From positions 288,001-352,000 of the forward strand of contig CAWFKH010000005.1 of assembly GCA_963816355.1 (NCBI GenBank): 64,000 nucleotides of DNA, given 5' to 3'. Origin of the DNA: an uncultured Gemmatimonadales bacterium. GTDB taxonomy: Bacteria > Gemmatimonadota > Gemmatimonadetes > Longimicrobiales > RSA9. Shown here in pieces: positions 30,952-42,637 of this stretch; position 1 is the stretch's first letter; every line of letters begins with the position of its first letter. Position numbers and translations under genes: made by a program. Below the pieces are notes generated by a model. It was not told the origin of the DNA, ran no database searches, and saw nothing but the letters and a program-made list of their open reading frames with translations.

Positions 30952-31755
30952 ATGCAGCGACGCGGTGTCCCGACCGTTCGCCCCGGCGCGGACCGCCGCT
31001 GGTCGCTCTCGGCCGCGATGAGCGGCGTCCGAGCGCTCGGCGCCGGCGTCCATTCCGTCCGGGTCGGGACCGCCAAGGCGTATCTGATCGAGTCCGACGA
31101 CGGCCTGATCGCAGTCGACTGCGGCACGCCGGAGGCGGCCTCGGCGATCCTCGCCGCGGCACGGTCGCTGGGGCGCGAGCCGGCGGCGATCCGGCACATC
31201 CTGGTCACCCACTGCCATCCCGACCACGCGGGCGGTCTCGCCTCGCTGAAGGAAGCGAGCGGCGCCGTCGCCTACATGCACCCGGCTGACGCCGCGCTCG
31301 TGCGGCGCGGCGAAGGGCTGCGCCCGCTGCGGCCCGCGCCGGGGCTGCTCAACCGCGTGCTCTACGAGGTCTTCATCTCCGGCGCCATGTCGCAGGTGCC
31401 GCCGGCGGTGGTCGAGCACGAGGTGAACGGCGGCGACGTCGTCCCGATCGCGGGGGGGATCCACGCGATCCACACGCCGGGTCACACCGCCGGTCACCTC
31501 TGCTTCCTGCTGCCGCGGAAGGGCGGGATCTTCTTCGCGGGCGACGTCGCCGGGAACGTCCTGCGGCTCGGCCTCAGCCTCGCGTACGAGGACGTCGCGC
31601 TGGGGCTCGAGAGCCTGCGGCGCGTGTCGTCGCTGGAGTTCGACGCCGCGTGCTTCGGCCACGGCGGTGCGATCCTGGGCGGCGCGGCGGAGCGCTTCCG
31701 GCTGCGCTGGCCGCCGCGCGCGGGGCACCCCGAGCCGGCGCCGTCCACGACATGA
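30952..31755 (+). CDS. Metallo-beta-lactamase fold hydrolase
   Basis: THCHPDHAGG, TPGHTAGH, FAGD, FGHG. Confidence 0.92.
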   Translation: MQRRGVPTVRPGADRRWSLSAAMSGVRALGAGVHSVRVGTAKAYLIESDDGLIAVDCGTPEAASAILAAARSLGREPAAIRHILVTHCHPDHAGGLASLKEASGAVAYMHPADAALVRRGEGLRPLRPAPGLLNRVLYEVFISGAMSQVPPAVVEHEVNGGDVVPIAGGIHAIHTPGHTAGHLCFLLPRKGGIFFAGDVAGNVLRLGLSLAYEDVALGLESLRRVSSLEFDAACFGHGGAILGGAAERFRLRWPPRAGHPEPAPSTT

Positions 31756-31844
31756 GGATGATGGGCCTCGCCTTCATGGCGGCGCTGCTCCTGCCCGGGC
31801 TGCTCGTCGTGTGGATCGAGCGGCGCCCGGGGCGACGCCGCTGA
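31752..31844 (+). CDS. 30-aa single-TM small protein, translationally coupled on both sides
   Basis: ATGA overlap with the MBL stop and TGATG overlap with the next start; MRMMGLAFMAALLLPGLLVVWIERRPGRRR. Confidence 0.55.
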   Translation: MRMMGLAFMAALLLPGLLVVWIERRPGRRR

Positions 31845-32395
31845 TGTACGTGGGCCATGTGGCCGTCGCGCTCGGCGTGCGGGGCGTGCGGCGGGATGTC
31901 CCGCTCTGGCTGCTCGTGCTCGCGGCGCAGGGCTGCGACTGGCTCGAGACGCTCCAGATGACCGGCGGAGTCCGCGACCACGCGATGCTCTCGCACTCCC
32001 TGCCCGCCGCGCTCGGCGCCGCCGCGATGCTCGCGCTCCTCGCGCTGCTGCTGACCCGCTCGACGCCCGCGGCGGGCGTCGTCGGCGCGGTGTACCTCTC
32101 GCACCTGCCGCTCGACTACCTGACCGGCCTCAAGCCGACGGTGCCCGGCGCCGGCCTCATCGGGCTCAACCTCTACGCGCACCCGGTGCTCGACTTCGTC
32201 GCCGAGGCGATCCTGATCGTGCTCGGCTGGCGCTTGTATCGGGCGACGCGGCGCCCCGCCGACCGGGCCGCCGGCGCGCGTCCGCTGCGCGTCATGCTCG
32301 CGGGACTGCTCGCGCTGCAGCTCGCCGGCGACATCCTCATGAGCCGGCCGCCGTGGGCGCTCCGCCTGTGGCACGGCGTGGAGGAGATGGTGTGA
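31844..32395 (+). CDS. Membrane-bound metal-dependent hydrolase (YdjM-like)
   Basis: MYVGH, D in AQGCDW, SHSL, SHLPLD motifs with TM helices. Confidence 0.7.
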   Translation: MYVGHVAVALGVRGVRRDVPLWLLVLAAQGCDWLETLQMTGGVRDHAMLSHSLPAALGAAAMLALLALLLTRSTPAAGVVGAVYLSHLPLDYLTGLKPTVPGAGLIGLNLYAHPVLDFVAEAILIVLGWRLYRATRRPADRAAGARPLRVMLAGLLALQLAGDILMSRPPWALRLWHGVEEMV

Positions 32396-32916
32396 CGCGC
32401 GTCCGCCTGATCGCCGCGCCGCTCGCCGGCGCGCTGCTCCTGCTCGCGGGCTGCGGCGGCGACCACGCGGCGGACGGAGACGACTCCGCCGGCGCGGCGG
32501 CGGTGGTGAGCCGGTTCGATCCGAACACGGCGGAGATCGGCGAGCGCGTGGGCGAGATGACGCTGCAGATCGTGACGTCGCAGCGCTCGATGGGACAGGC
32601 CCACTGGTACGGAGCGGCGGACTTCACCGGGGAGATCGAGCTCGCGGGGCGGTATCGGCCACACCCCGACTACCCGGCCGTCGACATGCTCTGCTTCTAC
32701 CCCGAGCCGGCGGCGGCCGCGAGGCTGCCCCACTTCCCGGACGACGACCGCGAGACCTGGTTCTGCTTCCGGAACCAGGCGGACGCCCGCGCCGCGCTGG
32801 GGGATCCGCCGGCGAAGGGGCGCAGCGTCGTCGTCGTGGACGACTACGACTACGTCTTTCAGCCATCGGACGCCTACAACACCGCTCGCTTCGTCCGGCT
32901 CGGGAGAACGAGGTGA
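32392..32916 (+). CDS. Hypothetical lipoprotein
   Basis: GTGA-coupled start; lipobox LLLLAGC; two further Cys residues (LCFY, WFCF). Confidence 0.7.
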   Translation: MTRVRLIAAPLAGALLLLAGCGGDHAADGDDSAGAAAVVSRFDPNTAEIGERVGEMTLQIVTSQRSMGQAHWYGAADFTGEIELAGRYRPHPDYPAVDMLCFYPEPAAAARLPHFPDDDRETWFCFRNQADARAALGDPPAKGRSVVVVDDYDYVFQPSDAYNTARFVRLGRTR

Positions 32917-32940
32917 GGCGCCGGGGCCGCGCTCATTCCG

Positions 32941-32992
32941 CGTCGAGAAGCGCGCGCGGCGTCGAGAAGCGCGCGCGCCGTCGAGAAGCGCG
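32941..32992. repeat. Tandem repeat, 19-bp unit CGTCGAGAAGCGCGCGCG(G/C), ~3 copies
   Basis: Seen directly between convergent genes. Confidence 0.8.
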
Positions 32993-33013
32993 TGATGGCG
33001 GGCACGACGCGCG

Positions 33014-34534
33014 TCACGCCTCGGGCCACACGTCGTCGTCGAGGAGGAGCCGGTCCGCCCGGGCGGGGCCCCAGCTCCCGGCGCGGTAGGGTTGCGGCGC
33101 GCCGGCGGGGTCGAGGACGGGCGCGTAGAGGCGCCACGAGGCTTCCGCCTCCTCGGCGTGGACGAAGAGCGTCTGATCGCCGGTGGCGACGTCGTAGAGC
33201 AGCGTCTCGTAGGCCTCGGGCAGCGGGCCGAAGGCGTCGGCGTACTCGAAGTGGAGGCGTTCGCTGGCGAGCTCGATGTCGGCGCCGGGGCGCTTCACCT
33301 CGAAGCCGATGCCGAAGCCTTCGTGCGGCTGCAGCGTGATCTCGAGCGCGTTGGAGCGGACGTCGCAGGCGGCGAAGCGATCGAAGAGGGCGATCGGCGG
33401 CCGGTGGAACGTGACGACGATGCGGGTGAGGCGGCGCGGCAGGCGCTTGCCGGTGCGCAGGTAGAAGGGGACGCCCTGCCAGCGCCAGTTGGGAAGCTGC
33501 AGCCGCAGCGCGACGAAGGTGGCCGTATTCGAATCGGAGGGGACGCCGGGCTCCGCGCGATATCCGGGCACCTTCCTGCCGTCGACGGCGCCCGCGTCGT
33601 ACTGGCCGAAGACGACGTCGGCGGGATCGACCGGGTCCATGGTGCGCAGCACCTTCACCTTCTCGGCGCGGATCGCGGCGGCGTCGAAGGTGGCGGGCGC
33701 CTCCATCGCGGTGAGCGTGAAGAGCTGCGTCAGGTGGTTCTGCACCATGTCGCGCAGCGCGCCGGCGTGGTCGTAGTAGCCGGCGCGGTGCCCCACGCCG
33801 AGTGACTCGGCGACGGTGATGTGCACGCTGCGGACGCGGTCGCGGTTCCACAGCGCCTCGAAGATCGGGTTCGCGAAGCGGAACACGAGGAGGTTGCGGA
33901 CCGTCTCCTTGCCCAGGTAGTGATCGATCCGGTACACCTGCGACTCGTCGAAGAAGCGGTGGACGAGCGCGTTCAGCGCGCGCGCGCTGTCGAGGTCGCG
34001 GCCGAACGGCTTCTCGATCACGATGCGCGTCCAGCCGGGACCGTCGTTCAGCCCGGCCGCGCCCAGCGCCTCGATCGCGCCGGGGAACGCGGCCGGCGGC
34101 AGCGCGAGGTAGAAGATGCGGTTGCCCGGCAGGTGGTGCTCGCTCTCGATCCGCCGGATGCGATCCGCGAGCGAGCCGTAGCCGTCGGCGGCGCCGTCGC
34201 CCAGCGGCTGGTAGTGGAGACAGTCGTCGCACCATTCGCGCAGGTCGTGCCCATCGAGGCCGCGGTCGGCGAGGGAGCGCTCCGCCCACTCCCGGTACTC
34301 CGCCTCGCCCGGCTCGGTGCCGAGGCCGGCGCCGAGGATCACGGACTCGCCGTGCAGCGCGCCGCGGAGGATCAGGCTGGCGACCGCGGGCAGCAACTTG
34401 CGACTCGTCAGGTCGCCGGTCGCGCCGAGGATCACGAACAGGTGCGGCTGCACCGGCTCGCGAGGCATGACGCGGTGATCCGCCTCCGGTGCCCGCGCCG
34501 CCGCGGTGCCCCGCACGTCCGACTTCGCCGCCAT
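33014..34534 (-). CDS. zwf: Glucose-6-phosphate 1-dehydrogenase
   Basis: GATGDLT, IEKPFG, YRIDHYLGKE, RDMVQNHL, WRWQGVPFYLRTGK; start overlaps the gnd stop. Confidence 0.97.
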   Translation of the reverse strand: MAAKSDVRGTAAARAPEADHRVMPREPVQPHLFVILGATGDLTSRKLLPAVASLILRGALHGESVILGAGLGTEPGEAEYREWAERSLADRGLDGHDLREWCDDCLHYQPLGDGAADGYGSLADRIRRIESEHHLPGNRIFYLALPPAAFPGAIEALGAAGLNDGPGWTRIVIEKPFGRDLDSARALNALVHRFFDESQVYRIDHYLGKETVRNLLVFRFANPIFEALWNRDRVRSVHITVAESLGVGHRAGYYDHAGALRDMVQNHLTQLFTLTAMEAPATFDAAAIRAEKVKVLRTMDPVDPADVVFGQYDAGAVDGRKVPGYRAEPGVPSDSNTATFVALRLQLPNWRWQGVPFYLRTGKRLPRRLTRIVVTFHRPPIALFDRFAACDVRSNALEITLQPHEGFGIGFEVKRPGADIELASERLHFEYADAFGPLPEAYETLLYDVATGDQTLFVHAEEAEASWRLYAPVLDPAGAPQPYRAGSWGPARADRLLLDDDVWPEA

Positions 34535-35445
34535 CACTTCCCTTCCTCGCGCACTGCGTGACCCCCGAACTCGTTCCGCATCACGGCGAGCAGCCGGTCC
34601 GCGAAGGAGTCCTCGACCCGCGAGCGCAGGCGCGCCTGCAGGGCGAGCGTGATCACCGGCGCGGGCACGTCCAGGTCGATCGCCTCCGCCACCGTCCAGC
34701 GACCCTCGCCGGAGTCGGCGACCCAGGGCGCGATGCCGCCCAGCGACGGGTTCGCGTGCAGGCCGCGCGCGGTGAGGTCGAGCAGCCACGAGCGGACGAC
34801 GCTGCCGAAGCGCCAGATCTCCGCCACGCCGGCGAGGTCGAGCCCGAATTCACGCTTCGCGTCCATGATGGCGAAGCCTTCCGCGACCGCCTGCATCATG
34901 CCGTACTCGATGCCGTTGTGGACCATCTTCACGAAGTGGCCGGCGCCGGTCGGGCCGACGCGGCCCCAGCCGCGGTCCGGCGCCGGCGCGAGCGACTCGA
35001 AGAGCGGCCGCAGCCGCTCGACCACCGCGGCGTCGCCGCCGACCATCATCGAGTAGCCCTCCTCCAGCCCCCAGATGCCGCCGCTCGTGCCGGCGTCGAC
35101 GAGACGCTTGCCCGCCGCCGCCACCGTCTGCGCGCGGCGCAGCGTGTCGCGGTAGTAGGAGTTGCCGCCGTCGATGACGACGTCGCCCTCCGCCAGCAGC
35201 GGGAGCAGCGCGTCGATGGTCGCGTCGACCGGCGCGCCGGCGGGCACCATCAGCCACACGGCGCGCGGTGCGCGCAGCGCGCCCACGAGCGCGTCGAGCG
35301 AGTCCGCTCCCGTCGCTCCCGCCTCCTCGACCGCCGCCACCGCCTCCGCGCTGCGGTCGTAGCCGACGACGCGGTGGCCGCCGCGCAGCAGCCGCCGCGT
35401 CATGTTCGCGCCCATCCGCCCGAGTCCCACCATGCCCAGCTCCAC
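34534..35445 (-). CDS. gnd: 6-phosphogluconate dehydrogenase, decarboxylating (short form)
   Basis: GLGRMG, IDGGNS, DAGTSGG, GAGHFVKMVHNGIEYG, FGGH. Confidence 0.96.
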   Translation of the reverse strand: MELGMVGLGRMGANMTRRLLRGGHRVVGYDRSAEAVAAVEEAGATGADSLDALVGALRAPRAVWLMVPAGAPVDATIDALLPLLAEGDVVIDGGNSYYRDTLRRAQTVAAAGKRLVDAGTSGGIWGLEEGYSMMVGGDAAVVERLRPLFESLAPAPDRGWGRVGPTGAGHFVKMVHNGIEYGMMQAVAEGFAIMDAKREFGLDLAGVAEIWRFGSVVRSWLLDLTARGLHANPSLGGIAPWVADSGEGRWTVAEAIDLDVPAPVITLALQARLRSRVEDSFADRLLAVMRNEFGGHAVREEGK

Positions 35446-35460
35446 GATACGCTCCTTTCG

Positions 35461-37863
35461 CTATCCTTCCGCCACTCCGACCTCGTAGTCGCGCCCATCC
35501 CAGCGCCCCGCCTCCGTCCAGAAGAAGGTGAAGCGGAAGGGCGCGCTCTGGCCCGCCGCGGGGACGAGGTCGACGAACTCGATGCCCAGCCCGCTCGCCG
35601 TGGAGCCGGCGTCCTCGGCGCTCGCCCACTCGTCGCGGGTCCAGCGGAGGCGGAACGGCGCGCTGGCGAGGACGCGCAGCGTGCGCTCCGCCGCGACGGT
35701 GCGCGGCTGATAGGCGGCACTCCACACCTCGAGCGCGCGCACCGCGCGGCGGTCGCCCAGGTAGCGCTCCGCGACGGCGGCGACGCGGTCGAACACGGCG
35801 CCGTCGCGCACCGACCGCAGCAGCTTGATGTACTCCGCGTGCGCCCACATGAGCGGCATCGCGGCGCCGGTCGGGCCGCCGAGCCGCATGTAGATCTCCG
35901 GCCGGTCCGGCGCGTCCCACACCTGCTCGGGCAGCATGCCGGTGGGGGTCGCGAATCCTTCCAGCGCCCGCACCAAGGGGCCGGCGTCGCGGCCGGCGGC
36001 CAGCTCGTAGTGCCCCCGCTCGCCGCTCAGCAGCGGCCACGCACGGCCCACGCCCCAGCCGACGAACGCGCCGCCGTCGTCGCGCTGGCCGTAGCCGTCG
36101 TGGCCGTAGCGGCGCCAGCAGGGGCCGGCCGGCGTCTCCACGCGCAGCACCGAGTCCACGACGCGCAGCGAGTCCTCGACCAGCGCGTCGCCGGCGCGCC
36201 GCACGCCGTAGCGCACGAGCTCGAGGAAGCCTGCGTCGACGATCTCGCGGGCGGGGAAGATGGCGGGTGCGCCCGGCGGCCGGTTGTTGATCCACACCGC
36301 GCCGTCGTCCGGGTCCGCGAGCGGCCGCGGGTCGTCCACGGCGGCGGGCGCGATGCGGACGTAGTGGCGGGGCACGCTGGCCAGGAGCGTGCCGCGCGTG
36401 GCGACCGTCCACTCCTCGACGTGGCCCTCGAGGAAGTCCGCGTGGTGCTCGAGGAAGTCCGCGATCCGCTCCTCGCCGCGGGCGCGCGCCATCGCGGCGG
36501 CGCAGACGAGGCCCGCGATGCAGGCGGCGAGCGTCGACGGCGAGAAGCCGCTCTCCTCCTCCCATCGCTCCTGCTGCGTGACGGGCGTGCGGCGCACGAG
36601 GAACGCCGCTGCGCCGCGGACCATGGGCCAGGGGTCGAACTCCTCCAGGCACCCGGTACGCTCGAGCCGCCACGCGAGCAGGATCGGGAAGGCGACCTCG
36701 TCGAGCTGCACGCCCTGCCAGTAGGAGCGGCCGTCGATCCAGAAATTCTGCGGGAAGCAGCCGTCGCCGTGCTGCGCGACGGCGAGGTAGACGAGCGCGC
36801 GCCGGGCGGTGTCGACGTGGCCCGCCGCGAGCAGGCCGGTCGCGCTGTTCACCAGGTCGCGCGTCCACACGAGGTGATAGCCGCCCTGGTCGTCCTCGCC
36901 GTGCGCCTCGCCCCACGGGATCGAGAGCGACGCGATCAGCGCGCCCGGGAACGTCTTGTCCTCGTGGGCCAGCAGCAGGCTGTAGCTGCGGCGGTAGAGG
37001 TGGCCGTCGTCGCCGGACGCGGTCTCTAGCCCCTCGAGCTTCCGGCAGTGCGACGCCCACGTCCGGAGGTAGCGCTCGCGCTGCAGCGGGAACGGCGTGG
37101 CGAGCTCCTGGAAGAGCGTGGTCGCCGCGCTCTCGAGGGAGTCGCCGAACGCGAGGCCGAGCGTGAACGCGCCCGCGCCGGCGCCGTCCAGCTCGCCCGT
37201 CAGGGCCACGTTGCCGTCGAGCGCGCAGTCGAACTCCCAGTCGAGCGTGAGGTCTTCGTGCAGGTCCGTCCAGCCGTCGCTCGCGCCCACGTAGCCGCAG
37301 GAGAGGCGAGTGAACGGGCGGCTCGCTGCGAGGGCGAGCCACGTGCCGTCGCGGCTGGCGGCGAGGATGCGGCGGCCGGCGACGGTGACGACGCGCGCGT
37401 CGTTGTCCCAGCCGCCCACCTCGAGGTGCGGCGCGCAGAGCGCGTAGATGCGCAGCCGCGAGAGCAGCTCCGGCTCGCCGCTCAGCTCGACGTGCTGCAG
37501 CACGCACGGGCCGTGCGGCGCGGTGATCACCTGCTTCGTGATGCGGTAGCGGCCTTCGGGGTCGGCGTTGACGACGCGGTAGGCGAGCGCGTTGCGCGAG
37601 AAGCTCTCCGTCGTCGAGACGAGGTCCCGCTTCTCCTCGTGGAAAAAGCTCTCGCCGTCGGTGATCAGGAGCTGCAGGTCGCGAAGCTGCGGGCGGTCGA
37701 CGCGGGGGTAGTAGACCTCGGTGACGATGCCGTTCCAGAGCGTGAACCAGACACGGCAGGACGCGCTGTAGGCGGTGCCGACGCCGTCCTTGCCGCCGTG
37801 CGTCCAGCGCGGCGCGATCCCCGGCGCGCCGAACGCCGGCCGGCCGGTGCGCAGGTCCGCCAC
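35461..37863 (-). CDS. Glycoside hydrolase family 15 (glucoamylase/glucodextranase-like)
   Basis: AFGAPGIAPRW, GALIASLSIPWG, GGYHLVWTRD, QERWEE, LPEQVWD, AMPLMWAHAEY. Confidence 0.93.
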   Translation of the reverse strand: MADLRTGRPAFGAPGIAPRWTHGGKDGVGTAYSASCRVWFTLWNGIVTEVYYPRVDRPQLRDLQLLITDGESFFHEEKRDLVSTTESFSRNALAYRVVNADPEGRYRITKQVITAPHGPCVLQHVELSGEPELLSRLRIYALCAPHLEVGGWDNDARVVTVAGRRILAASRDGTWLALAASRPFTRLSCGYVGASDGWTDLHEDLTLDWEFDCALDGNVALTGELDGAGAGAFTLGLAFGDSLESAATTLFQELATPFPLQRERYLRTWASHCRKLEGLETASGDDGHLYRRSYSLLLAHEDKTFPGALIASLSIPWGEAHGEDDQGGYHLVWTRDLVNSATGLLAAGHVDTARRALVYLAVAQHGDGCFPQNFWIDGRSYWQGVQLDEVAFPILLAWRLERTGCLEEFDPWPMVRGAAAFLVRRTPVTQQERWEEESGFSPSTLAACIAGLVCAAAMARARGEERIADFLEHHADFLEGHVEEWTVATRGTLLASVPRHYVRIAPAAVDDPRPLADPDDGAVWINNRPPGAPAIFPAREIVDAGFLELVRYGVRRAGDALVEDSLRVVDSVLRVETPAGPCWRRYGHDGYGQRDDGGAFVGWGVGRAWPLLSGERGHYELAAGRDAGPLVRALEGFATPTGMLPEQVWDAPDRPEIYMRLGGPTGAAMPLMWAHAEYIKLLRSVRDGAVFDRVAAVAERYLGDRRAVRALEVWSAAYQPRTVAAERTLRVLASAPFRLRWTRDEWASAEDAGSTASGLGIEFVDLVPAAGQSAPFRFTFFWTEAGRWDGRDYEVGVAEG

Positions 37864-37864
37864 G

Positions 37865-39856
<1,992 letters not shown>

Positions 39857-39947
39857 GGCGCGCAGATCGGGTGCGAGCGTGGGCCACGCGGACGGGTTCC
39901 GCGGGCGCGAGGGATAGTAGGGCGGGGGAGGGGTGGGGGCCAGCGGG

Positions 39948-39994
39948 ACTGCGGGATTGGACTGCGGGATTGGGCTGCGGGATTGGACTGCGGG
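39948..39994. repeat. Tandem repeat, 13-bp unit (A/G)CTGCGGGATTGG, ~3.6 copies
   Basis: Seen directly upstream of tkt. Confidence 0.85.
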
Positions 39995-40119
39995 CGCGTC
40001 GCCCAGCTCCGCCGGTCCCGGCGAGGACGCCGTGCGGCAGCGGAGAGGCCGGGATCGCGATATCGGACAGCGCACGGCGATGGTCCGGGCGGCCTCCCTG
40101 CTCGCGGCGCCCCCCCGTC

Positions 40120-40395
40120 TCAGCCCCCGGCGATGCTGGGCAGGATCGTGACCGTGTCCTCCGGCCCGATCGTCGTCTCGACGCCCGCGAGCGCGCGCAC
40201 GTCCTCGTCGTTGACAAAGACGTTGACGTTCGGGCGCAGCCGCCCCTCCTCGGTGAAGAGGTGCCGCCGCAGCGCCGGATGCGCCGCCGTGAGCTGATCG
40301 AGCGCCTGCGCCACCGTGGCGGCGCACACCGCCAGCGATGTAACGCCGGCCGTGTGCTCGCGAAGGACCGTCGGAATGGTGATCGTCGTGTGCAT
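40120..40395 (-). CDS. MoaD/ThiS-family ubiquitin-like sulfur carrier
   Basis: [25 protein letters not shown]-terminal ILPSIAGG. An alternative start is at 40413. Confidence 0.9.
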   Translation of the reverse strand: MHTTITIPTVLREHTAGVTSLAVCAATVAQALDQLTAAHPALRRHLFTEEGRLRPNVNVFVNDEDVRALAGVETTIGPEDTVTILPSIAGG

Positions 40396-40522
40396 GCCGT
40401 CGTGTGCCCGCATCTCGCGCGCCGCGCGGCCGCAGCCGCAGCCGCAGCCGCGGGTGGCGCCTCGCTGCCGCCGCCGCGCGCGCAGATACTGCACCTTCCG
40501 TGCGTGCCATGCGCGAGCCTCG

Positions 40523-41020
40523 CAGCGCGGTCACAGCGCGGTCCTAGCGCGGTCGCAGGCGCGGTCCTAGCGCGGTTGCAGGCGCGGTCCGCGGTCACAG
40601 GCGCGGTCGCAGGCGTCGCAGGCGCGGTCGCAGGCGCGGTCGCAGGCGCGGTCGCAGGCGCGGTCGTCTGAGTGTAGGGCGATCCGCCGCCGCGGACAAC
40701 GCAGGGGGCGCGAGTGGCGGGGGGCGTGGAACAGGGGCAGAGGCAGGGGCAGGGGCAGGGGCAGGGGCGCAGGTTGCCGCACGTCGGGCGGACCGGCAAA
40801 CTCATCGGAGGCTGGCGAGCGCGCGGGCGACGGGTTCGGCGCCCCGTCCACGTCACCGACCGCCGGAGGCCGGCGAAGACATGGCGCACGGCCGACGCGA
40901 CGACTCCCGCGCGTCGTGCGGTGGACTCGCGCGTCGTGCAGCGTGGACCGCGGGTCGGGCGGGGTGGATCGTGGGTCGGGCGGGGGTGGATCGCGGGTCG
41001 GGCGGGGTGGACCGCGGGGC
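40523..41020. repeat. Field of short tandem repeats: 11-12-bp GCAGGCGCGGTC (40523-40665), hexamer GGGGCA (~40733-40768), 21-22-bp GCGGGTCGGGCGGGGTGGATC x3 (~40950-41015)
   Basis: Seen directly. Confidence 0.85.
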
Positions 41021-41120
41021 ACGGTGGGTCGCTCCCTCGCATTGTGGAGCTGCTCCTGGGCACCGCGGGGTCGGCCCTCGCATTGCGAGGGTGGGTGCTG
41101 CCCCCGGCCGACAGACGGGT

Positions 41121-41297
41121 GAGAAGAATCGCACAATGGACGCAGGTCAGACGATCGCCATCCGATTTATTCTCGGAATGCGAGAAGTATCTCGTAGTGG
41201 ATGGGCGCGCGGCTGGTCGCTTACGATATTGTGCTCGCTTTCCGAGAAATAGTCGGATACCGATGCGCGAGAGGGCGCCGATTACGAGAAATTGCTC
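41121..41297. repeat. Palindromic ~177-bp dispersed element, copy A
   Basis: AT-richer than its surroundings; arms are reverse complements without gaps (48/76 by hand); aligns ungapped to 60457-60636 at 131/180. Confidence 0.85.
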
Positions 41298-41327
41298 GCT
41301 CCGCTCTCCGGGTGCGCGGCCGGCCGC

Positions 41328-41520
41328 CTCCCCATCGCCCCGCCGCGGGGGCCCGGCGCACAGGTGCCCCCGATCGCTCCGCCGCGGGGGCCCGGCGCAC
41401 AGGTGCTCCCCATCGCCCCGCCGCGGGGGCCCGGCGCACAGGTGCTCCCGATCGCGCGGCCCCGAAGGCGCGCGCGCAAACGTGCGCCCGATCGCGCGGC
41501 CCCAGGCCCGGGTGCACGTG
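41328..41520. repeat. Tandem repeat, 39-bp unit x3 plus two degenerate units
   Basis: CTCCCCATCGCCCCGCCGCGGGGGCCCGGCGCACAGGTG repeated head-to-tail with no spacers. Confidence 0.85.
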
Positions 41521-41598
41521 CGCTCCCGGTGGCAGACCTCGCGCCGCGAGCACGCTCGCGACGCGGCCGCGTAACAGGGGAAGGAACGTGACTCGCTG

Positions 41599-42615
41599 AT
41601 GCTCGTCTCCGCGGCGGTGCGGGTGCCGTGCAGCACGTCGAACCTGGGCGCCGGCTTCGACTGCATCGGTCTGGCGCTGCGGCGCCACCTCACGGCGACG
41701 TTCGAGCCGGACGGACGCACCCTCGCGCCCGGCGAACGCACCCTCGCGCCCGGCGAACGCACCCTCGCGCCCGGCGGCGGCGTCGTGCTTCGCGACGGCG
41801 GGCTCGTGCTGATCCGGCGCGGCGCGCTCGAGGCGCTTCCGGGGCCGGCGGCGGACGACCTCGTCGTACGCGTCTTCCGGGCGGAGGCGGAGCGGCGCGG
41901 CGCGGTCGAGGTGGCGGGGCGGATCGTCGTCGATTCGGAGATCCCGGTGGGGCGCGGCCTCGGCTCTTCGGCAGCCGCGGTGGTGGCGGGGCTGGCGCTG
42001 GCGGCTGCGGCGAGCGGCGACGAGCGGCCGGACCGGCGCGCAGCGCTGGTCGCCGCGGAGCGGTGGGAGGGCCATCCGGACAACGTAGCGCCGGCGCTGC
42101 TGGGGGGTCTGATCGCGGTGGTGCGCGGCGAGGATGGGGGCGCGCGGGCGCTGCGCCTGGGGCTCTCCGAGCACCTGGGCTTCGCCTACGCCGCGCCCGG
42201 CGCGACGCTGTCCACGCTGGCGGCGCGTGCGGCGCTGCCGGCGACGGTGCCCCACGCGGTCGCGGCGCGCGCGGCGGGGCGCGTCGTCGCGCTGCTGCGC
42301 GGGCTCTCGACCGGCGATCCGGAGGCCCTCCGCATCGGCTTCGCCGACGAGCTGCACGTGCCCTACCGGCTGCCGCTGATCCCCGGCGCCGCCGCCGTCA
42401 TCGCCGCCGCCGCCGCGGCGGGCGCCTTCGCGACGACGGTCTCCGGCAGCGGCACCGGCCTGATCGCCGCGACGCGGCCGGAGAGGGCGGAGGCGGTCGC
42501 GGCGGCGATGGGGCAGGCGTTCGCGCGCGAGGTCGGTGCGACCGGCGTCGTCGCCTTCGCCGCCGCTCCGGACTTCCACGGCGTCCGCCTCCTCGGCCGC
42601 GCCGAGGAAGCATGA
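41599..42615 (+). CDS. thrB: Homoserine kinase
   Basis: VRVPCSTSNLGAGFDCIGLAL, GHMP motif IPVGRGLGSSAA, EGHPDNVAPA, SGSG; contains an in-frame RTLAPGE x3 insertion. Confidence 0.93.
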   Translation: MLVSAAVRVPCSTSNLGAGFDCIGLALRRHLTATFEPDGRTLAPGERTLAPGERTLAPGGGVVLRDGGLVLIRRGALEALPGPAADDLVVRVFRAEAERRGAVEVAGRIVVDSEIPVGRGLGSSAAAVVAGLALAAAASGDERPDRRAALVAAERWEGHPDNVAPALLGGLIAVVRGEDGGARALRLGLSEHLGFAYAAPGATLSTLAARAALPATVPHAVAARAAGRVVALLRGLSTGDPEALRIGFADELHVPYRLPLIPGAAAVIAAAAAAGAFATTVSGSGTGLIAATRPERAEAVAAAMGQAFAREVGATGVVAFAAAPDFHGVRLLGRAEEA

Positions 42616-42637
42616 CGTGCGGCGTGAGGCGCCCGGC

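Noticed and set aside
41121..41297. Palindromic element as a conserved small protein (similar minus-strand translations SEQFLVI.../SEQFLVM...)
   Set aside because: Differences between the copies are largely non-synonymous, there is no shared start, RBS or stop, and conservation follows the inverted-repeat symmetry.
41328..41520. 39-bp repeats as a CRISPR array or iterons
   Set aside because: Contiguous tandem units without spacers; no rep gene nearby.
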